A DNA stretch of 62,458 nt from Barthelona sp. PAP020 (taxonomy: Eukaryota): NCBI GenBank assembly GCA_040182905.1, contig JARQWU010000031.1, positions 1 through 62,458 on the forward strand. The letters run 5' to 3'. The position numbers and the translations under genes were made by a program. Under the pieces are notes generated by a model that saw only the letters and a list, made by a program, of their open reading frames with translations, was not told the origin of the DNA and made no database searches. Shown piece after piece: positions 1-10,833 of this stretch (the stretch's first letter is position 1; every line of letters begins with the position of its first letter).

Positions 1-103
1 TGTCCAAAATCTGAAAACTCTTTCACAATAGGTATTCTTTCATCAACAATATCTTCCATAAACACCTACAATGAAAAAACAAAAAAATATTCTTCCATAA
101 TTT

Positions 104-1159
104 TTATTGATAAATGTTAAAACCTGATTGAATAGGAAAACCAGAAGTGTCCATTGGTTGAGGTTCAATGTAATTTTGATTCATTCCAGGATCAGGGTAT
201 CCTCTGTACAGTGATTCCCTGCTGTTAGATTGTATGGGTGTGATTCCTGGTTGAGGTTGATTCATTCCAGGAAAGTTATGTTGAACAGGTGTAATACCAG
301 TTCTAGGTTGGTTTATACCAGGAAGGTTTGGTTGCATTGGTGTTACACCAGGTTGAGGTTGATTTACACCAGAAAAGTTAGGTTTTACAGCTGAAATCCC
401 TGGTTGAGGTTGATTCATACCAGGAACGTTATGTTGAACAGGTGCAATACCTGGTTGAGGTTGATTTATACCAGAAAAGTGTGGTTGTATAGGTGTGATA
501 CCAGGATGAGGTTGATTCATTCCCGGAAAATCTGGTTCTATTGGACGAATTAAAGATGCACCGGGAACATATTGAATTCCATCTTCAACAATAACTTGAT
601 ATGTTCTATTACATTGTTGAAATACAGGAAGCGAAGTTGTAACAAATGAAATTTCAAAACATCTTTCACAAAAACCATTGATATAAATATCAGGTAATCC
701 AATAATTGGATATAAATAATCAAAACACGCAACCTTATGTCGTCTTATTCTTGAACATGGATCATTATCATTACAACAACAAGGTCTGATAACATTTTGA
801 TTGGGACAAAAAACAAATCTGGTGTTGTTAAAATTTTGTCTGGGATAAGAAAGGTTGATACTGTGACCAATTGGTTTCGACAGATTGGAAACTCTTTCGA
901 TGATGCGTTGGTGACAATTTACCCATGGTTTAAATTGTCCTGTAAAATTTTGCATGATTTCACGTTGTTGGGTAACAAAGTCATTTTGCATATCTTGTTG
1001 CATTCTGAACATATCTTGTTGATGTGCAGCCATTTCATTTTGCATATCTTGTTGTATTCTAAACATGTCTTGTTGCGTTTGTGCTTGATGTTGAAACATT
1101 TCCCTTTGTATTTCTTGATGTTGTCTTTGACTTTCGTCAAAAAAGCCTCTCATATTCAT
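104..1159 (-). CDS. Orphan protein: Gln/Met-rich N-terminal repeats, Cys-rich middle, Pro/Gln-rich 17-aa C-terminal repeats
   Basis: Long ORF. The ORF-track start is a TTG; first ATG (MNMRGFF) is at 1159. Stop TAA at 104-106. Confidence 0.75.
   Translation of the reverse strand: MNMRGFFDESQRQHQEIQREMFQHQAQTQQDMFRIQQDMQNEMAAHQQDMFRMQQDMQNDFVTQQREIMQNFTGQFKPWVNCHQRIIERVSNLSKPIGHSINLSYPRQNFNNTRFVFCPNQNVIRPCCCNDNDPCSRIRRHKVACFDYLYPIIGLPDIYINGFCERCFEISFVTTSLPVFQQCNRTYQVIVEDGIQYVPGASLIRPIEPDFPGMNQPHPGITPIQPHFSGINQPQPGIAPVQHNVPGMNQPQPGISAVKPNFSGVNQPQPGVTPMQPNLPGINQPRTGITPVQHNFPGMNQPQPGITPIQSNSRESLYRGYPDPGMNQNYIEPQPMDTSGFPIQSGFNIYQ
224..529 (-). repeat. Six tandem 51-bp coding repeats (consensus FPGMNQPQPGITPVQxN)
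   Basis: Six 17-aa units read directly in the translation; ggttgaggttgatt recurs with ~51-bp period. Confidence 0.9.
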
Positions 1160-1413
1160 ATTAAAAGTAAAATAAATTTCTTTGTTTCCTTGACATCTTT
1201 CATTGCTTCTAATTTTGATTAGCTTTTTTTGCAATAATATACTTTCTTTGAATTGTTTATGAAAACACAGATAAAGAATGAAGAATTTCTGTAAGAGAAA
1301 GGAATTCAATCTTTGGAAACTTTTTTTTTTTGCAAATTGGATTGTTTCACATTAAATATTCTTCAAATATGTTTAAGGGCTTAAATTTGTACAGAATAAA
1401 AATTTTAAACAAT

Positions 1414-2523
1414 TTATTCATCAACAGATGCACCATTTTCACAAATTTCACTGGATGAGGAATTGGAATTTTGTGATCTTTGTTTTCTTCTTTGTAACAG
1501 TCTCTTTTCTACTTGATTTGCGGCGACTTCAATATTTTTTGTTCCGCTTTCCTGACAATGGTCCAAATATTGGATTCTTAAAGTAGCTTCGTATGTATTT
1601 TCGAGCAGGTCACAGAATTTCTGGAAAGTTTCGGGAGAAATGAAGCGCTGAAGTGGATATGTGTAAGTGGGTATTCTCTTTGCACCCGCGATATGTACTT
1701 TTTGACTGTCTTTCAAATACAATTTTCGATCCATAACGAAATGCCTCAGAATATATCTTTTGCGCAAACCAAACATGTATGTTTGTAAAAGCTGCAACTG
1801 GGCCATGAATTGAACTACGTTTTCGGTGTCATCCAAATCGACTTTCACAATGTAGGATTCCAAATCATCCAACGAATCGATTAAAAATTCTTCACGCAAA
1901 CAATAGAAACCAACTGCAGCATGTTCATCGGGCAGTTTTGGTGGAGGATATTCTGTGGGTTCTGGGAACTTTTTCTGCGAATTTTCTGGTGTAAACGGTG
2001 TCCTGACTACACTAGAAGGTCTTGTACGCTCTGATTTTGGCAAAGTTGGCAGTTCAGGTTTATGTATTTTCTTTTGAAGAACGGAACTGAAATCTTCTGT
2101 TGGTACGACAGGGTTCACAGGTGAATCATCGTGTAAAAAGTGTTTTGCGTTATCTTTTCCCAACGGAAAATATGTATTGAAATAGTGCTTGTAGGTATCT
2201 TCAGTCGTTTTTCCAATTTCTGAGGCAATTCTTTCCCAAAAACCAATTCCATAGCATCGTAAACCTTCTAACAATTTCAGCTCATCTTCAACACTCCATC
2301 CCTCTTCAAAAAGGAAGGGTGAGTTATCATGAATTATGACAAATTTATGGTCCGGAGAATGGTTTTTGAACTTCACTGATGCACAAAAGCAATTCAAACA
2401 TAAATCCGTGTCAATACAATCTATACATTTAATTCTTGGTTCGTATGTCAATATTTTCCCACAATAATCACAATAAAATGGTGAAACTTCTGGTTTCCGT
2501 TCTTCTGCCGTGGTAGGATTCAT
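1414..2523 (-). CDS. ADA2: Transcriptional adaptor ADA2-like (ZZ zinc finger + SANT domain)
   Basis: ZZ finger CDYC..RIKCIDC..DLCLNCF..H..DH followed by SANT motif WSVEDELKLLEGLRCYGIGFWERIA. Likely ATG at 2523 (MNPTT). Confidence 0.85.
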   Translation of the reverse strand: MNPTTAEERKPEVSPFYCDYCGKILTYEPRIKCIDCIDTDLCLNCFCASVKFKNHSPDHKFVIIHDNSPFLFEEGWSVEDELKLLEGLRCYGIGFWERIASEIGKTTEDTYKHYFNTYFPLGKDNAKHFLHDDSPVNPVVPTEDFSSVLQKKIHKPELPTLPKSERTRPSSVVRTPFTPENSQKKFPEPTEYPPPKLPDEHAAVGFYCLREEFLIDSLDDLESYIVKVDLDDTENVVQFMAQLQLLQTYMFGLRKRYILRHFVMDRKLYLKDSQKVHIAGAKRIPTYTYPLQRFISPETFQKFCDLLENTYEATLRIQYLDHCQESGTKNIEVAANQVEKRLLQRRKQRSQNSNSSSSEICENGASVDE

Positions 2524-2658
2524 GTTGAAGTGGTAAACAACAAAAAATTTTTTTGTTTTTGAGAAATGTATGGTGTTCAAAAAATTGTTGGTTGTTCTGA
2601 GTTAAGTGCTCTGGTTGTATCAAAGACATTGTTTATCAATTGGAAAATTTCTTCGAAG

Positions 2659-3642
2659 ATGCAAACCATTGAATTCACCAAGCCGATTTTGTATTTGGAG
2701 ATCAGAGCTGATCACAAATTCTTGTTGATCGGGTTTGCAAAAGAGTTTAAGGTTTATAGTATCCATCAAGAGGAGAATGAGATTGAAGAGATTTGGTCAT
2801 GGGAAAACAAAAGGAAAATCTGTCATTTATTGTTCGCCCCTGTAATTGAAAATAGAGCAGATCTGTTTCACATTATCTATCATGATAAATTTGGCGATGT
2901 GTTCATAATCTTTCCTGAGGAACAACTTGACATTGAGCCCTACTTGTCTGAGGAGCTGTTACCGGAAGATTATTTTGTGAATGCCAAGTTCAAGTTTTTG
3001 CTTGGGCACATTGGTTTTATCACTGCTTTGAAACTTTCATCAAGCAAACAACATCTGCTCAGCTGCGATCGCGATTCCAAAATTAGGATATCGAAGTGGC
3101 CTGAAACTCGAGAGATCTGCTGTTTCATTCATCACGCTTCTAATGCTATTTCTGATGCTGTTTGGCTTGACGATGAAACTATTTTGGCTTCTGTTGTTGA
3201 CGGAAGTCTTTTGCTTGGAAATTTGAAGGGTGAATCTGAGATTTTAGATGTTCGTGTAAATGAAGGAACAACAACTTTGTTTAAGTTTGATGGCAGGGTG
3301 TTTTTAACATTCAACAACAAGAATTTGGAGGTTTATGAAATACTTGCCGAGGAGAAATCAGTAAAGAAGGTCTTTTTCAGGGAAGACTGCTTGTTTGAAA
3401 ACTACTGCATTGTGGATGATGTTTTATGTTTGTTGTGCTACAACGAAGACAAAAAGATCAACATCTTCACGTTGAAGAGAGATGAGGCAAACTTTGAAGT
3501 GCATCAAGACGAATTCCTTTTGAAAGTGCAAGATGATATATTGATGATCAATCACGATGACTTTGTGAAGAGACATGTCGAGCCTCTACGATATATTGAC
3601 ATTGATGTGTCACAAGAATCAAAACGTGATAATGCTGATTGA
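2659..3642 (+). CDS. WDR4: WD40 protein, tRNA m7G46 methyltransferase non-catalytic subunit (WDR4/Trm82-like)
   Basis: DKFGDV and LLGHIGFIT..LLSCDRDSKIRIS resemble the Trm82/WDR4 signature (LLGH..ADRDEKIRVS). Start taken at MQTIEF. Confidence 0.75.
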   Translation: MQTIEFTKPILYLEIRADHKFLLIGFAKEFKVYSIHQEENEIEEIWSWENKRKICHLLFAPVIENRADLFHIIYHDKFGDVFIIFPEEQLDIEPYLSEELLPEDYFVNAKFKFLLGHIGFITALKLSSSKQHLLSCDRDSKIRISKWPETREICCFIHHASNAISDAVWLDDETILASVVDGSLLLGNLKGESEILDVRVNEGTTTLFKFDGRVFLTFNNKNLEVYEILAEEKSVKKVFFREDCLFENYCIVDDVLCLLCYNEDKKINIFTLKRDEANFEVHQDEFLLKVQDDILMINHDDFVKRHVEPLRYIDIDVSQESKRDNAD

Positions 3643-3766
3643 TAAAGTAGTCATAAATTATAGTTAGTCAGATGCTTTTATTTTTAGACGAATTGTTCCC
3701 AAAAATTTTGGATGATTCATTCCGTGCAAAAGAAAACTACAACAAATTTTTATTAGTTCTTTCAAC

Positions 3767-4924
3767 ATGAAATTCATTCGCTTTCCAGTTAGAGGCACAA
3801 GAAATATTAGTTTTACCAATTTTGCAAAAAAAATGAAGGATTTACCCCCCAGTTCAAGGGACAAACTGGCATATTTAGGAGACATGCGAAACAGCTTCAC
3901 TGAATTGCTTTACGACAAGAATTGTGCACCACAGCTTCTTGTTAGAGCAGCGAAAGGATATCTTCAAGCTATTTTTACAATTGAAAATTGGAAGAAGACT
4001 ATCTTTCCATCTTTCAATGGTGAGTTCAGGGAGAGTTTTGAGTGGAGTTTTGCCTTTGCATCAAAGAATAGTGGCTGGGAAAAAATTGATTCCATCTATT
4101 GGGAAATGGCCAATGTCATTTTAACAATTGTTGAACAAAATTCGAACATTTGTTATGATTTGTTTTATGGGAACCAAGGTGGAAGAACTCGTCCCCATGT
4201 TGAAGCTGCGATTGCTTGCATGAAAGAGTCCATTTCTCTCTTACAATTTCTGAGTAATGTTGTTTTAAATGAATTCACAATGTCAGTTACCCCAATTACT
4301 ATTACCAGACAGTACATATCTGCACTGATGAATTATTTCACTGGAATGTTGTTGTTCCTGCAACTTCAGGTGTTGGATGCAGATTTGGAGAGCAACTTCC
4401 CCATTTTGAACAAAATTTGTTTAAATATACATTGCCTCATGACCGCTGGATTATCGTCTCTTGAAAATTCAACAGATGGAAGAAATGTTTTTGAATTGGT
4501 TTCTCCTGTATTGACCAAAACTATGACCAGTCTTGCTTTTGGTTGCCGTGGACGTTCTTTGTATTTCAGAGCCAGACATTTGATGAGAACTCGAGAAAGT
4601 GCTCAAAAAGATTGCAATTTGGCAATTGGCTTCTTGGAACAGGCCATTCCAATGATAGATAGTGCTGTACGTATTTGCCGAACCCGCAATGTTTTTCCTC
4701 CCAATGACAGAGGAGTGGAAGTTTTTGAAAGCTATATGGGACAAATGACTGAACATTTGGAAATGTACAAGGAGAAGAATCGCTCTTTCTATGTTTTACC
4801 CAGAATTTCTGAAGCTGATGTTCTTCAAAAAATCTCAGAAGACACCCAAGTTGTGCCCGTTTCGAGCGTTGCTGAAGATATTCCAACGTTTATTCCTCTT
4901 CAACCCATCTGGCAGTCATTGTAA
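3767..4924 (+). CDS. BRO1-domain protein (BROX-like, ESCRT-associated)
   Basis: N-terminal FPVRGT..SF, FEW..SIYWEMANV and C-terminal KEKNRSFY resemble Bro1-domain motifs; 385-aa length fits a Bro1-only protein. Confidence 0.65.
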   Translation: MKFIRFPVRGTRNISFTNFAKKMKDLPPSSRDKLAYLGDMRNSFTELLYDKNCAPQLLVRAAKGYLQAIFTIENWKKTIFPSFNGEFRESFEWSFAFASKNSGWEKIDSIYWEMANVILTIVEQNSNICYDLFYGNQGGRTRPHVEAAIACMKESISLLQFLSNVVLNEFTMSVTPITITRQYISALMNYFTGMLLFLQLQVLDADLESNFPILNKICLNIHCLMTAGLSSLENSTDGRNVFELVSPVLTKTMTSLAFGCRGRSLYFRARHLMRTRESAQKDCNLAIGFLEQAIPMIDSAVRICRTRNVFPPNDRGVEVFESYMGQMTEHLEMYKEKNRSFYVLPRISEADVLQKISEDTQVVPVSSVAEDIPTFIPLQPIWQSL

Positions 4925-4982
4925 TTTGTAAGTTGTGTAAATAAATAAACCTCAAAGCATTTATTTTTTATTGCGTGAATAA

Positions 4983-5392
4983 CTATGCAAAGACAATTTG
5001 AAACATGAAATTGGTGACAACAAAAGAATCTTCTTCTTCCATCAAGTGGAAGAACATGGTGAATGGCATTTGGTTCTCTTTTTGGTTGTTGATACACACC
5101 CATCCAGAGGCCAAAATGTTCAAACCTTCAGACAAAGAGACTTGACAAGTGATGGTGGCTACTTTGTGTTCTGTAGAACTGAAATTCAACTTTCCCAAGT
5201 GTTCAACAAACTGATCCTTTCCGGAAATAACCTTTCCATTGTAGTTAACTTCAACTTCATCGTGCTATGGTGTTAGACAATAAACAAAACAAAATTTCTT
5301 CATACGAAATAGCCAGTGGGATCTTCACGTTCATCAAAACAAGACAAAAAGTATTCAACAAATTCCTTACCGATTTCCTCAGGGGATGACAT
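4983..5392 (-). CDS. NTF2-like protein; 2 exons (5392-5306, 5264-4983)
   Basis: Splicing a 41-nt intron gives MSSPEEIGKEFVEYFLSCFD..YF|HDEVEVNYNGKVISGKDQFVEHL..FTMFFHL..FVVTNFMFQIV, an NTF2/NXT-like pattern of ~122 aa. Confidence 0.75.
5265..5305 (-). other. Spliceosomal intron, 41 nt
   Basis: GTATGA...GTCTAACACCATAG; removal restores the NTF2-like frame. Confidence 0.85.
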
Positions 5393-5553
5393 GTGGAACA
5401 GACTAAGAACAAAAAGAAAATGAGGAGATGCAATTTACATTCTTTGAACCATTTCGGACACCATTTGTTCTGCAACAACTCTTGTCGAAACAAACACAAT
5501 TGTTTCTTCATTTTTCGTTTTGTAAATCCTTTTTTTTTATAGTCGCAATACAG

Positions 5554-7464
5554 ATGTCTGACTCCGAATCAGAATATGTGAGCAGTGATGTTTCAGATGT
5601 TGAGGACGAATACTCTGAAGAAGAAGAAGTTATGAACACTGTTGGTAACATTCCAATGGAATGGTATGACGATTATGACCACATTGGTTATGATATTGAG
5701 GGAAAACCTATCATGAGACCTCCTCAACGAGATGAAGTTCAAAAATTCTTGGATCTACAAAGTGGTCGTGCTTTTCGTTTGGTTCGTGATGACTTGAATC
5801 AACGTGATGTCGAGTTGTCGAATGAAGACCTTGATTTGATTAAACGCTTGCAAACTGGAAGGTTTCCAAAAGGCGTTGATCCATTCGAAGATTTTTCGCA
5901 TTTGTTTGCAACTGAGCCTCTTAAATACCCGCTTATTGCACCAACACCCAAAAAATCGTCGTTTACACCCTCAAAGTACGAAGCTTCGGAGGTTCGTCGT
6001 CTTGTGAAGGTTCTAAAAGAAAAAGGTGTGTTAGATAGACCCTTAAAGACCAAACCAGCATCATATGATCAGATTATTTGGAACGATGATGAAGTTCCCT
6101 TCAGAAGATCTCACTTGGCTCCTCCTCCAAGGGCTTTGCCTGGTCATGCTGAATCATACAATCCCCCAGACGAATATGTTCCTGATCAAGATGAATTGGA
6201 TCGATGGGCCGAAATGGATCCTCAAGATAGACCCCTTGATTTTATTCCCAGAAAGTACAACTCGTTGCGTCGTGTTCCACTTTACATTCCTCTGCTTGAG
6301 GAAAACTATAAGCGATGCCTTTCCTTGTATGTCCTGCCCAGACAGCGTAGGATGCGTTCTAATGACCGTCCTGAAGATTTGTTGCCCAAACTTCCTGATC
6401 CGAAGTCGTTGAGACCATATCCCCGTGTTATGGCCAATGAATTTAAATCTTATACCGGTAGATCTGCCCAAGTCACCTCGTTGCACATTCATCAACAAGG
6501 ACAATTCGCTGTTGTTGGTGATGCGAGCGGAAATGTGCGTGTTTTGGAGATTTTGACCGGTCGTGTGATGCGTTCGTATGATGTCGGAAAATACCTCGGT
6601 ATCGATGAACCAATCACAAAAGTCGAGTTTTTCCCTGGACCTTCAGTTCTGATTGCTGTTGCCATTGGAACACAATTATTATTTATTTTACCTAAGGTCA
6701 GCCCAGCAGTTACTGCTGCTGACACTTTGCTATTGGCATCAAAGTTAGCGAACAGAGCGAATTCCAACAATGTTGAATGGAAAAAAGGTGAAGTTGAGCA
6801 TATTTGTGCAATTGCAACGCATCCTTATGAGATCAAGGACTTTGCATGGTATCCAAAGGGAACATACATTGCCGTTTTATACAACAACAGAAAAACTAGA
6901 CCCGTTGTTTTGCACAACATTGCTAAATCAAGAACAGATATTCCCATTGCTTCATTGAAAGGAGATCTAAAATTCCTAAATTTCCATCCTTTCGAGCCGA
7001 TCTTATTCATCACCTCCAACAAGTTGATAAGAGGTTTTGACCTAACAAAGAATTTGAAATTAGTAAGGCGTATTGTATCTGGTGTTGAAGCAATACAAAC
7101 AATTGCCTTTCATCCTTCTGGTAACCATGTTATCACGGGTGCAATAAACAATAAGGTTTCTTGGTTTGATATGGATATTGGGCAGTATGCATACAAGGTA
7201 CTGGATTATCACAAGTCTCCTGTCTATTCAGTTAGTGTTCATGAAAGATTGCCACTTTTTGCTTCTGGTTCGAAGGATGGTAAAATTAATGTTTTTCATG
7301 GTAACGTTACAAATGACAACGTTACTATTGTTCCAGTGAAAGCGTTATCAATAGTCAATGAGAGAGATTCCTCAATTGGAGTGAGTAAAATATGTTGGCA
7401 TCCTTACGAACCCTGGATTTTTGCAGGATATGACGACGGGATGGTCAGATTATTTACTGAATAA
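5554..7464 (+). CDS. BOP1: Ribosome biogenesis protein BOP1/Erb1 (PeBoW complex)
   Basis: NTVGNIPMEWYDDYDHIGYDIEGK, LPGHAESYNPPDEY, LRRVP, KLPDPKSLRPYP and C-terminal WD40 repeats. Start at MSDSES. Confidence 0.95.
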   Translation: MSDSESEYVSSDVSDVEDEYSEEEEVMNTVGNIPMEWYDDYDHIGYDIEGKPIMRPPQRDEVQKFLDLQSGRAFRLVRDDLNQRDVELSNEDLDLIKRLQTGRFPKGVDPFEDFSHLFATEPLKYPLIAPTPKKSSFTPSKYEASEVRRLVKVLKEKGVLDRPLKTKPASYDQIIWNDDEVPFRRSHLAPPPRALPGHAESYNPPDEYVPDQDELDRWAEMDPQDRPLDFIPRKYNSLRRVPLYIPLLEENYKRCLSLYVLPRQRRMRSNDRPEDLLPKLPDPKSLRPYPRVMANEFKSYTGRSAQVTSLHIHQQGQFAVVGDASGNVRVLEILTGRVMRSYDVGKYLGIDEPITKVEFFPGPSVLIAVAIGTQLLFILPKVSPAVTAADTLLLASKLANRANSNNVEWKKGEVEHICAIATHPYEIKDFAWYPKGTYIAVLYNNRKTRPVVLHNIAKSRTDIPIASLKGDLKFLNFHPFEPILFITSNKLIRGFDLTKNLKLVRRIVSGVEAIQTIAFHPSGNHVITGAINNKVSWFDMDIGQYAYKVLDYHKSPVYSVSVHERLPLFASGSKDGKINVFHGNVTNDNVTIVPVKALSIVNERDSSIGVSKICWHPYEPWIFAGYDDGMVRLFTE

Positions 7465-7580
7465 TTGAGTTAAAATAAATGAATATCGGTTTTCTTTTTT
7501 TCGAAATCGCTCAAAAGAAAAAATTTTTTTACTCCAATAATCGAATTAGCTTGTACCGATTTTGATTATTAAAGCCATTA

Positions 7581-9413
7581 ATGAAAAGAAATTTACAAGA
7601 AGCAAAACTTAAATTGACCGAATTTTTTTTGGAATGGATTTGTTTTCCACAAACCCAGCAATTACTAAATCAGACCTTTGAAGATTTACAGAAGGGAAGT
7701 TTCGATATTAAGGAGACTTCATTCATTAATTTAATTAATTCTACAGCCTCAACAAACTCCCCCCCTTTAAGCCCAATAGCTAGTTTGTCACAGACATTTA
7801 ATAATGGTGTTATCTCACCAGATTTCAGGATAACGAAGCATTCACCATTTTCAACCGCGTCAAATGCATCTAAGTCGGACATTGCCTCTGGAATTACTTC
7901 TGACGATGAGAATTTTGATGTTCAACCATTAGACTTGACCAGCAGATTTCAAGACATGGAAATGGACCAGTCTGAAGTCAAAGTTGAGTCAAAGTCAAGA
8001 ATTATTCCAGAATTTGTTGATGAAAAGAGCGAAAGTGAACAATTGAAGATTGACAAGGGTAATTTAAAGATTTATAAAGATGTTAGTGTTGTGTATCCTC
8101 TGAACAGGTCCAGAAAGGATGAAGAATTATTAAATAATGAATTGAGGGGTGTGAGTAAAATACTGTCACCCATCAATCCAACCCCCAATTATGATGTGAA
8201 GCATCTGAGTCTCAGCAATTTCACCGAAATATTGACTGAAGTGTGGAAATTGCCAAAGTTTTTTGCCAAGCCGTTATTCAAATCATTGGTCGAAGACACG
8301 TCAAAGAGATGTATCGATTTTGACTCTTTTACGTCCAAAAACATAAAACAATATTTGAATCAGAACATTAACAAAATCGGAATATCGCACAAAGATTTTT
8401 TGACATTTGTGGACCAATATATATCCAAGTATCCAAAGATTGAGGAGCGCATATTTTATTTGTTACTAAACCAGGGAAATTTACGCTGGAAGAAAAAGAG
8501 AAAATGGCTAGAATACGAAGATTTCAAACCATTCATTATAAACCTGCTGGACATACATCCTGGGCTGGAGTTTTTGAAAGAAACCGTCGAATTCCAAAAT
8601 CGTTACATGGAAGCAGTAATCACCCGAATTTTTTATGAAAACGATCGTTCATTCAATGATCAAATTAGCTTAAGAGAATTCAAAATGAGCAATTTAGTTG
8701 AGGTCTTCAAGGAAGTTGATACAACCTCCGACATAAACAGCGTAAGGCGGTATTTCAGTTATGAACATTTTTACGTTTTGTATTGTTGCTTTTGGGAATT
8801 GGATAATAATAGGCAGCAGGAATTATCTGAACAAGACATGTATAGATACGACAAATACAGCGTTGTCAGCAGGGTCATTAAGAGAATTTTCAGCAACGAT
8901 GTTAGGCCGTTAAATTGTTTGGAAAATTCAGACACAAATTTGACCAGAATGGAATTCAAGAGCTTTGTCAAGTTTTTGATAGCAGAACAGGATAAGACTA
9001 CCAACAGCTCTATTAGATATTGGTTTGACATCTTAGATATTGATAATGATGGTAAATTAAGTCAAAGTGAGATGGAGTTCTTTTATGACGAACAATTGAA
9101 CAGATTGGAAGAATCAGAGAGAGAAATTATTCCTTTTGAGGATATTTGTTGTCAAATTTTTGACATGTGTAAAATTGAGGAACGAAGCTATTTAACAATC
9201 AAAGATGTGATGAATTGTCCCTGGAAAGGCCAGATTTTTGACTTTTTGATCAACATTACCAAATTTTTAACATTCGAACACAATGAAACATTTACAGATC
9301 CACCAGAAGGCTTGTCTGCATGGGACAACTACGCCAAAATAGAGTATGAGCGTCTCGCTGCTTTGGCAGAACAGGAACAGCAAGACGCATATTATGATGA
9401 GTTTGATTATTAA
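7581..9413 (+). CDS. Protein phosphatase 2A regulatory subunit B'' (PR72/PPP2R3 family, EF-hands)
   Basis: HPGLEFL..EFQNRY, YFSYEHFYVLYCCFWELD, YWFDILDIDNDG, FEDICCQIFDM, WDNYAKIEYERL. Confidence 0.93.
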   Translation: MKRNLQEAKLKLTEFFLEWICFPQTQQLLNQTFEDLQKGSFDIKETSFINLINSTASTNSPPLSPIASLSQTFNNGVISPDFRITKHSPFSTASNASKSDIASGITSDDENFDVQPLDLTSRFQDMEMDQSEVKVESKSRIIPEFVDEKSESEQLKIDKGNLKIYKDVSVVYPLNRSRKDEELLNNELRGVSKILSPINPTPNYDVKHLSLSNFTEILTEVWKLPKFFAKPLFKSLVEDTSKRCIDFDSFTSKNIKQYLNQNINKIGISHKDFLTFVDQYISKYPKIEERIFYLLLNQGNLRWKKKRKWLEYEDFKPFIINLLDIHPGLEFLKETVEFQNRYMEAVITRIFYENDRSFNDQISLREFKMSNLVEVFKEVDTTSDINSVRRYFSYEHFYVLYCCFWELDNNRQQELSEQDMYRYDKYSVVSRVIKRIFSNDVRPLNCLENSDTNLTRMEFKSFVKFLIAEQDKTTNSSIRYWFDILDIDNDGKLSQSEMEFFYDEQLNRLEESEREIIPFEDICCQIFDMCKIEERSYLTIKDVMNCPWKGQIFDFLINITKFLTFEHNETFTDPPEGLSAWDNYAKIEYERLAALAEQEQQDAYYDEFDY

Positions 9414-9703
9414 ATTCAAAAAGTAAATAACACACATCTTTTTTTGTTTGAATTTATTTGATGTTTTTAAAAGAAATCGTTTTGATCGAAAATATAATCC
9501 TGAAAGAAACTCCTTTCTTGTTAAAAGTTCACAAGAAAAAAATATATATTTGTTTACAATGCAACAACCATTTTCAACTGATTTGACCTAAAATCATAAA
9601 AAATAAAGATAATTATCCAAGATTGACAAAATGAAACCTGGGAGGGAAAAATGAGGAAAAATGAAATGAACAATAATTTCAGTGAATAATAACAGAAAAG
9701 TAT

Positions 9704-10351
9704 TTATTTGTTATTTTTCCACCTTTCAAAGTAACTATGATTCATTGTTGTAGGTTTCAAAGCATTTCTATTGACAGTAGGAACAACAGGTCGGAATTTG
9801 GGACGAATATTACCACGATTCAACCTTTTAGCAATTAAAAATCCCATTTCTGAGGATAAATATTGAGGTAGAATATTGGCACCAAACCTAGCTAAAGACA
9901 ATCTATCACCATCACAAACACAAACTGAAATAAGATTCGTTGCAGGAGCACGTGTTACGGATGTGTGAAGGCGAATTGCATCAATTACATCAGAAACAGG
10001 CAAATTTTCAAAAATATCAAACACACCGGCTGTCACCATTTTTTTACAATATTCGGATCCACGAGGTCCATGAGCCTTATTATCAATTTCAAACCTATCT
10101 CTTCCCAAATCATGAAGCAAACCACCAATTATTGCATGATCAACTTCCAATCCGATAGTTTGTGCAACTTTCGCAGCATAAAATGCTACATGTTCAAAAT
10201 GAGCAGAATCATGTCTTGGATAATTAAATTTTGGATAATATGGTTCAAAATATTGACTTAATTCTAGAACTCTTTGTAAAATTTCATCATCACTCAAGTA
10301 GACCTGATCAACTTCATCAGTATTCGTGTTTTCAACAATATCCTTTGTCAT
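9704..10351 (-). CDS. HD-domain metal-dependent phosphohydrolase
   Basis: H..H, LLHDLGR, HGPRG, IRLHT, CDGDRLSLARFG give the H-HD-H-H-D metal-binding pattern. Confidence 0.85.
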   Translation of the reverse strand: MTKDIVENTNTDEVDQVYLSDDEILQRVLELSQYFEPYYPKFNYPRHDSAHFEHVAFYAAKVAQTIGLEVDHAIIGGLLHDLGRDRFEIDNKAHGPRGSEYCKKMVTAGVFDIFENLPVSDVIDAIRLHTSVTRAPATNLISVCVCDGDRLSLARFGANILPQYLSSEMGFLIAKRLNRGNIRPKFRPVVPTVNRNALKPTTMNHSYFERWKNNK

Positions 10352-10491
10352 CTAAAAAAGGAATCACAAAAAAATAAAAATGATCAGTGCTTGATATTCA
10401 ATGAATTTTTTCCACATTTCCAAATTATCAAATTTTCAACAATTTATAACAACAAGGTTAAAGAAAAAAGAAAACATTGTAAAGCAAAAAT

Positions 10492-10833
10492 TCATTTACA
10501 CATTTCAACAGAAGAATTTGAATCAGTAACATAAACTTCATCCAATATTTCTTTAAATTGATCAATTTGATTACAAATATTACGATCAAACTCTTCAAAT
10601 TGTCTAATTTCAAAGGCTTCGAAATCATCAATCAACTTGTTGATTTCGTCATCAGGAAGATTCATTGGCTCTTTTGAAACTTCAATTTCTAAATGTAAAT
10701 CCTTATTAAAACGAACATCCTTCAATTTTTCATTTAAATCATTTGAAAATTGCTTTTTAAACTCGTTAATCTTTTTTTGGGGAGATGAAGAATTATAGGC
10801 GAATCTAACTTTTGATAAATCGTATTTCATCAT
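10492..10833 (-). CDS. Hypothetical acidic protein, 113 aa
   Basis: ATG-initiated ORF with protein-like composition between AT-rich spacers; no family recognised. Confidence 0.55.
   Translation of the reverse strand: MMKYDLSKVRFAYNSSSPQKKINEFKKQFSNDLNEKLKDVRFNKDLHLEIEVSKEPMNLPDDEINKLIDDFEAFEIRQFEEFDRNICNQIDQFKEILDEVYVTDSNSSVEMCK

Noticed and set aside
1..59. Possible minus-strand gene start at the left edge (MEDIVDERIPIVKEFSDFG)
   Set aside because: Only 19 codons are visible; cannot be supported.
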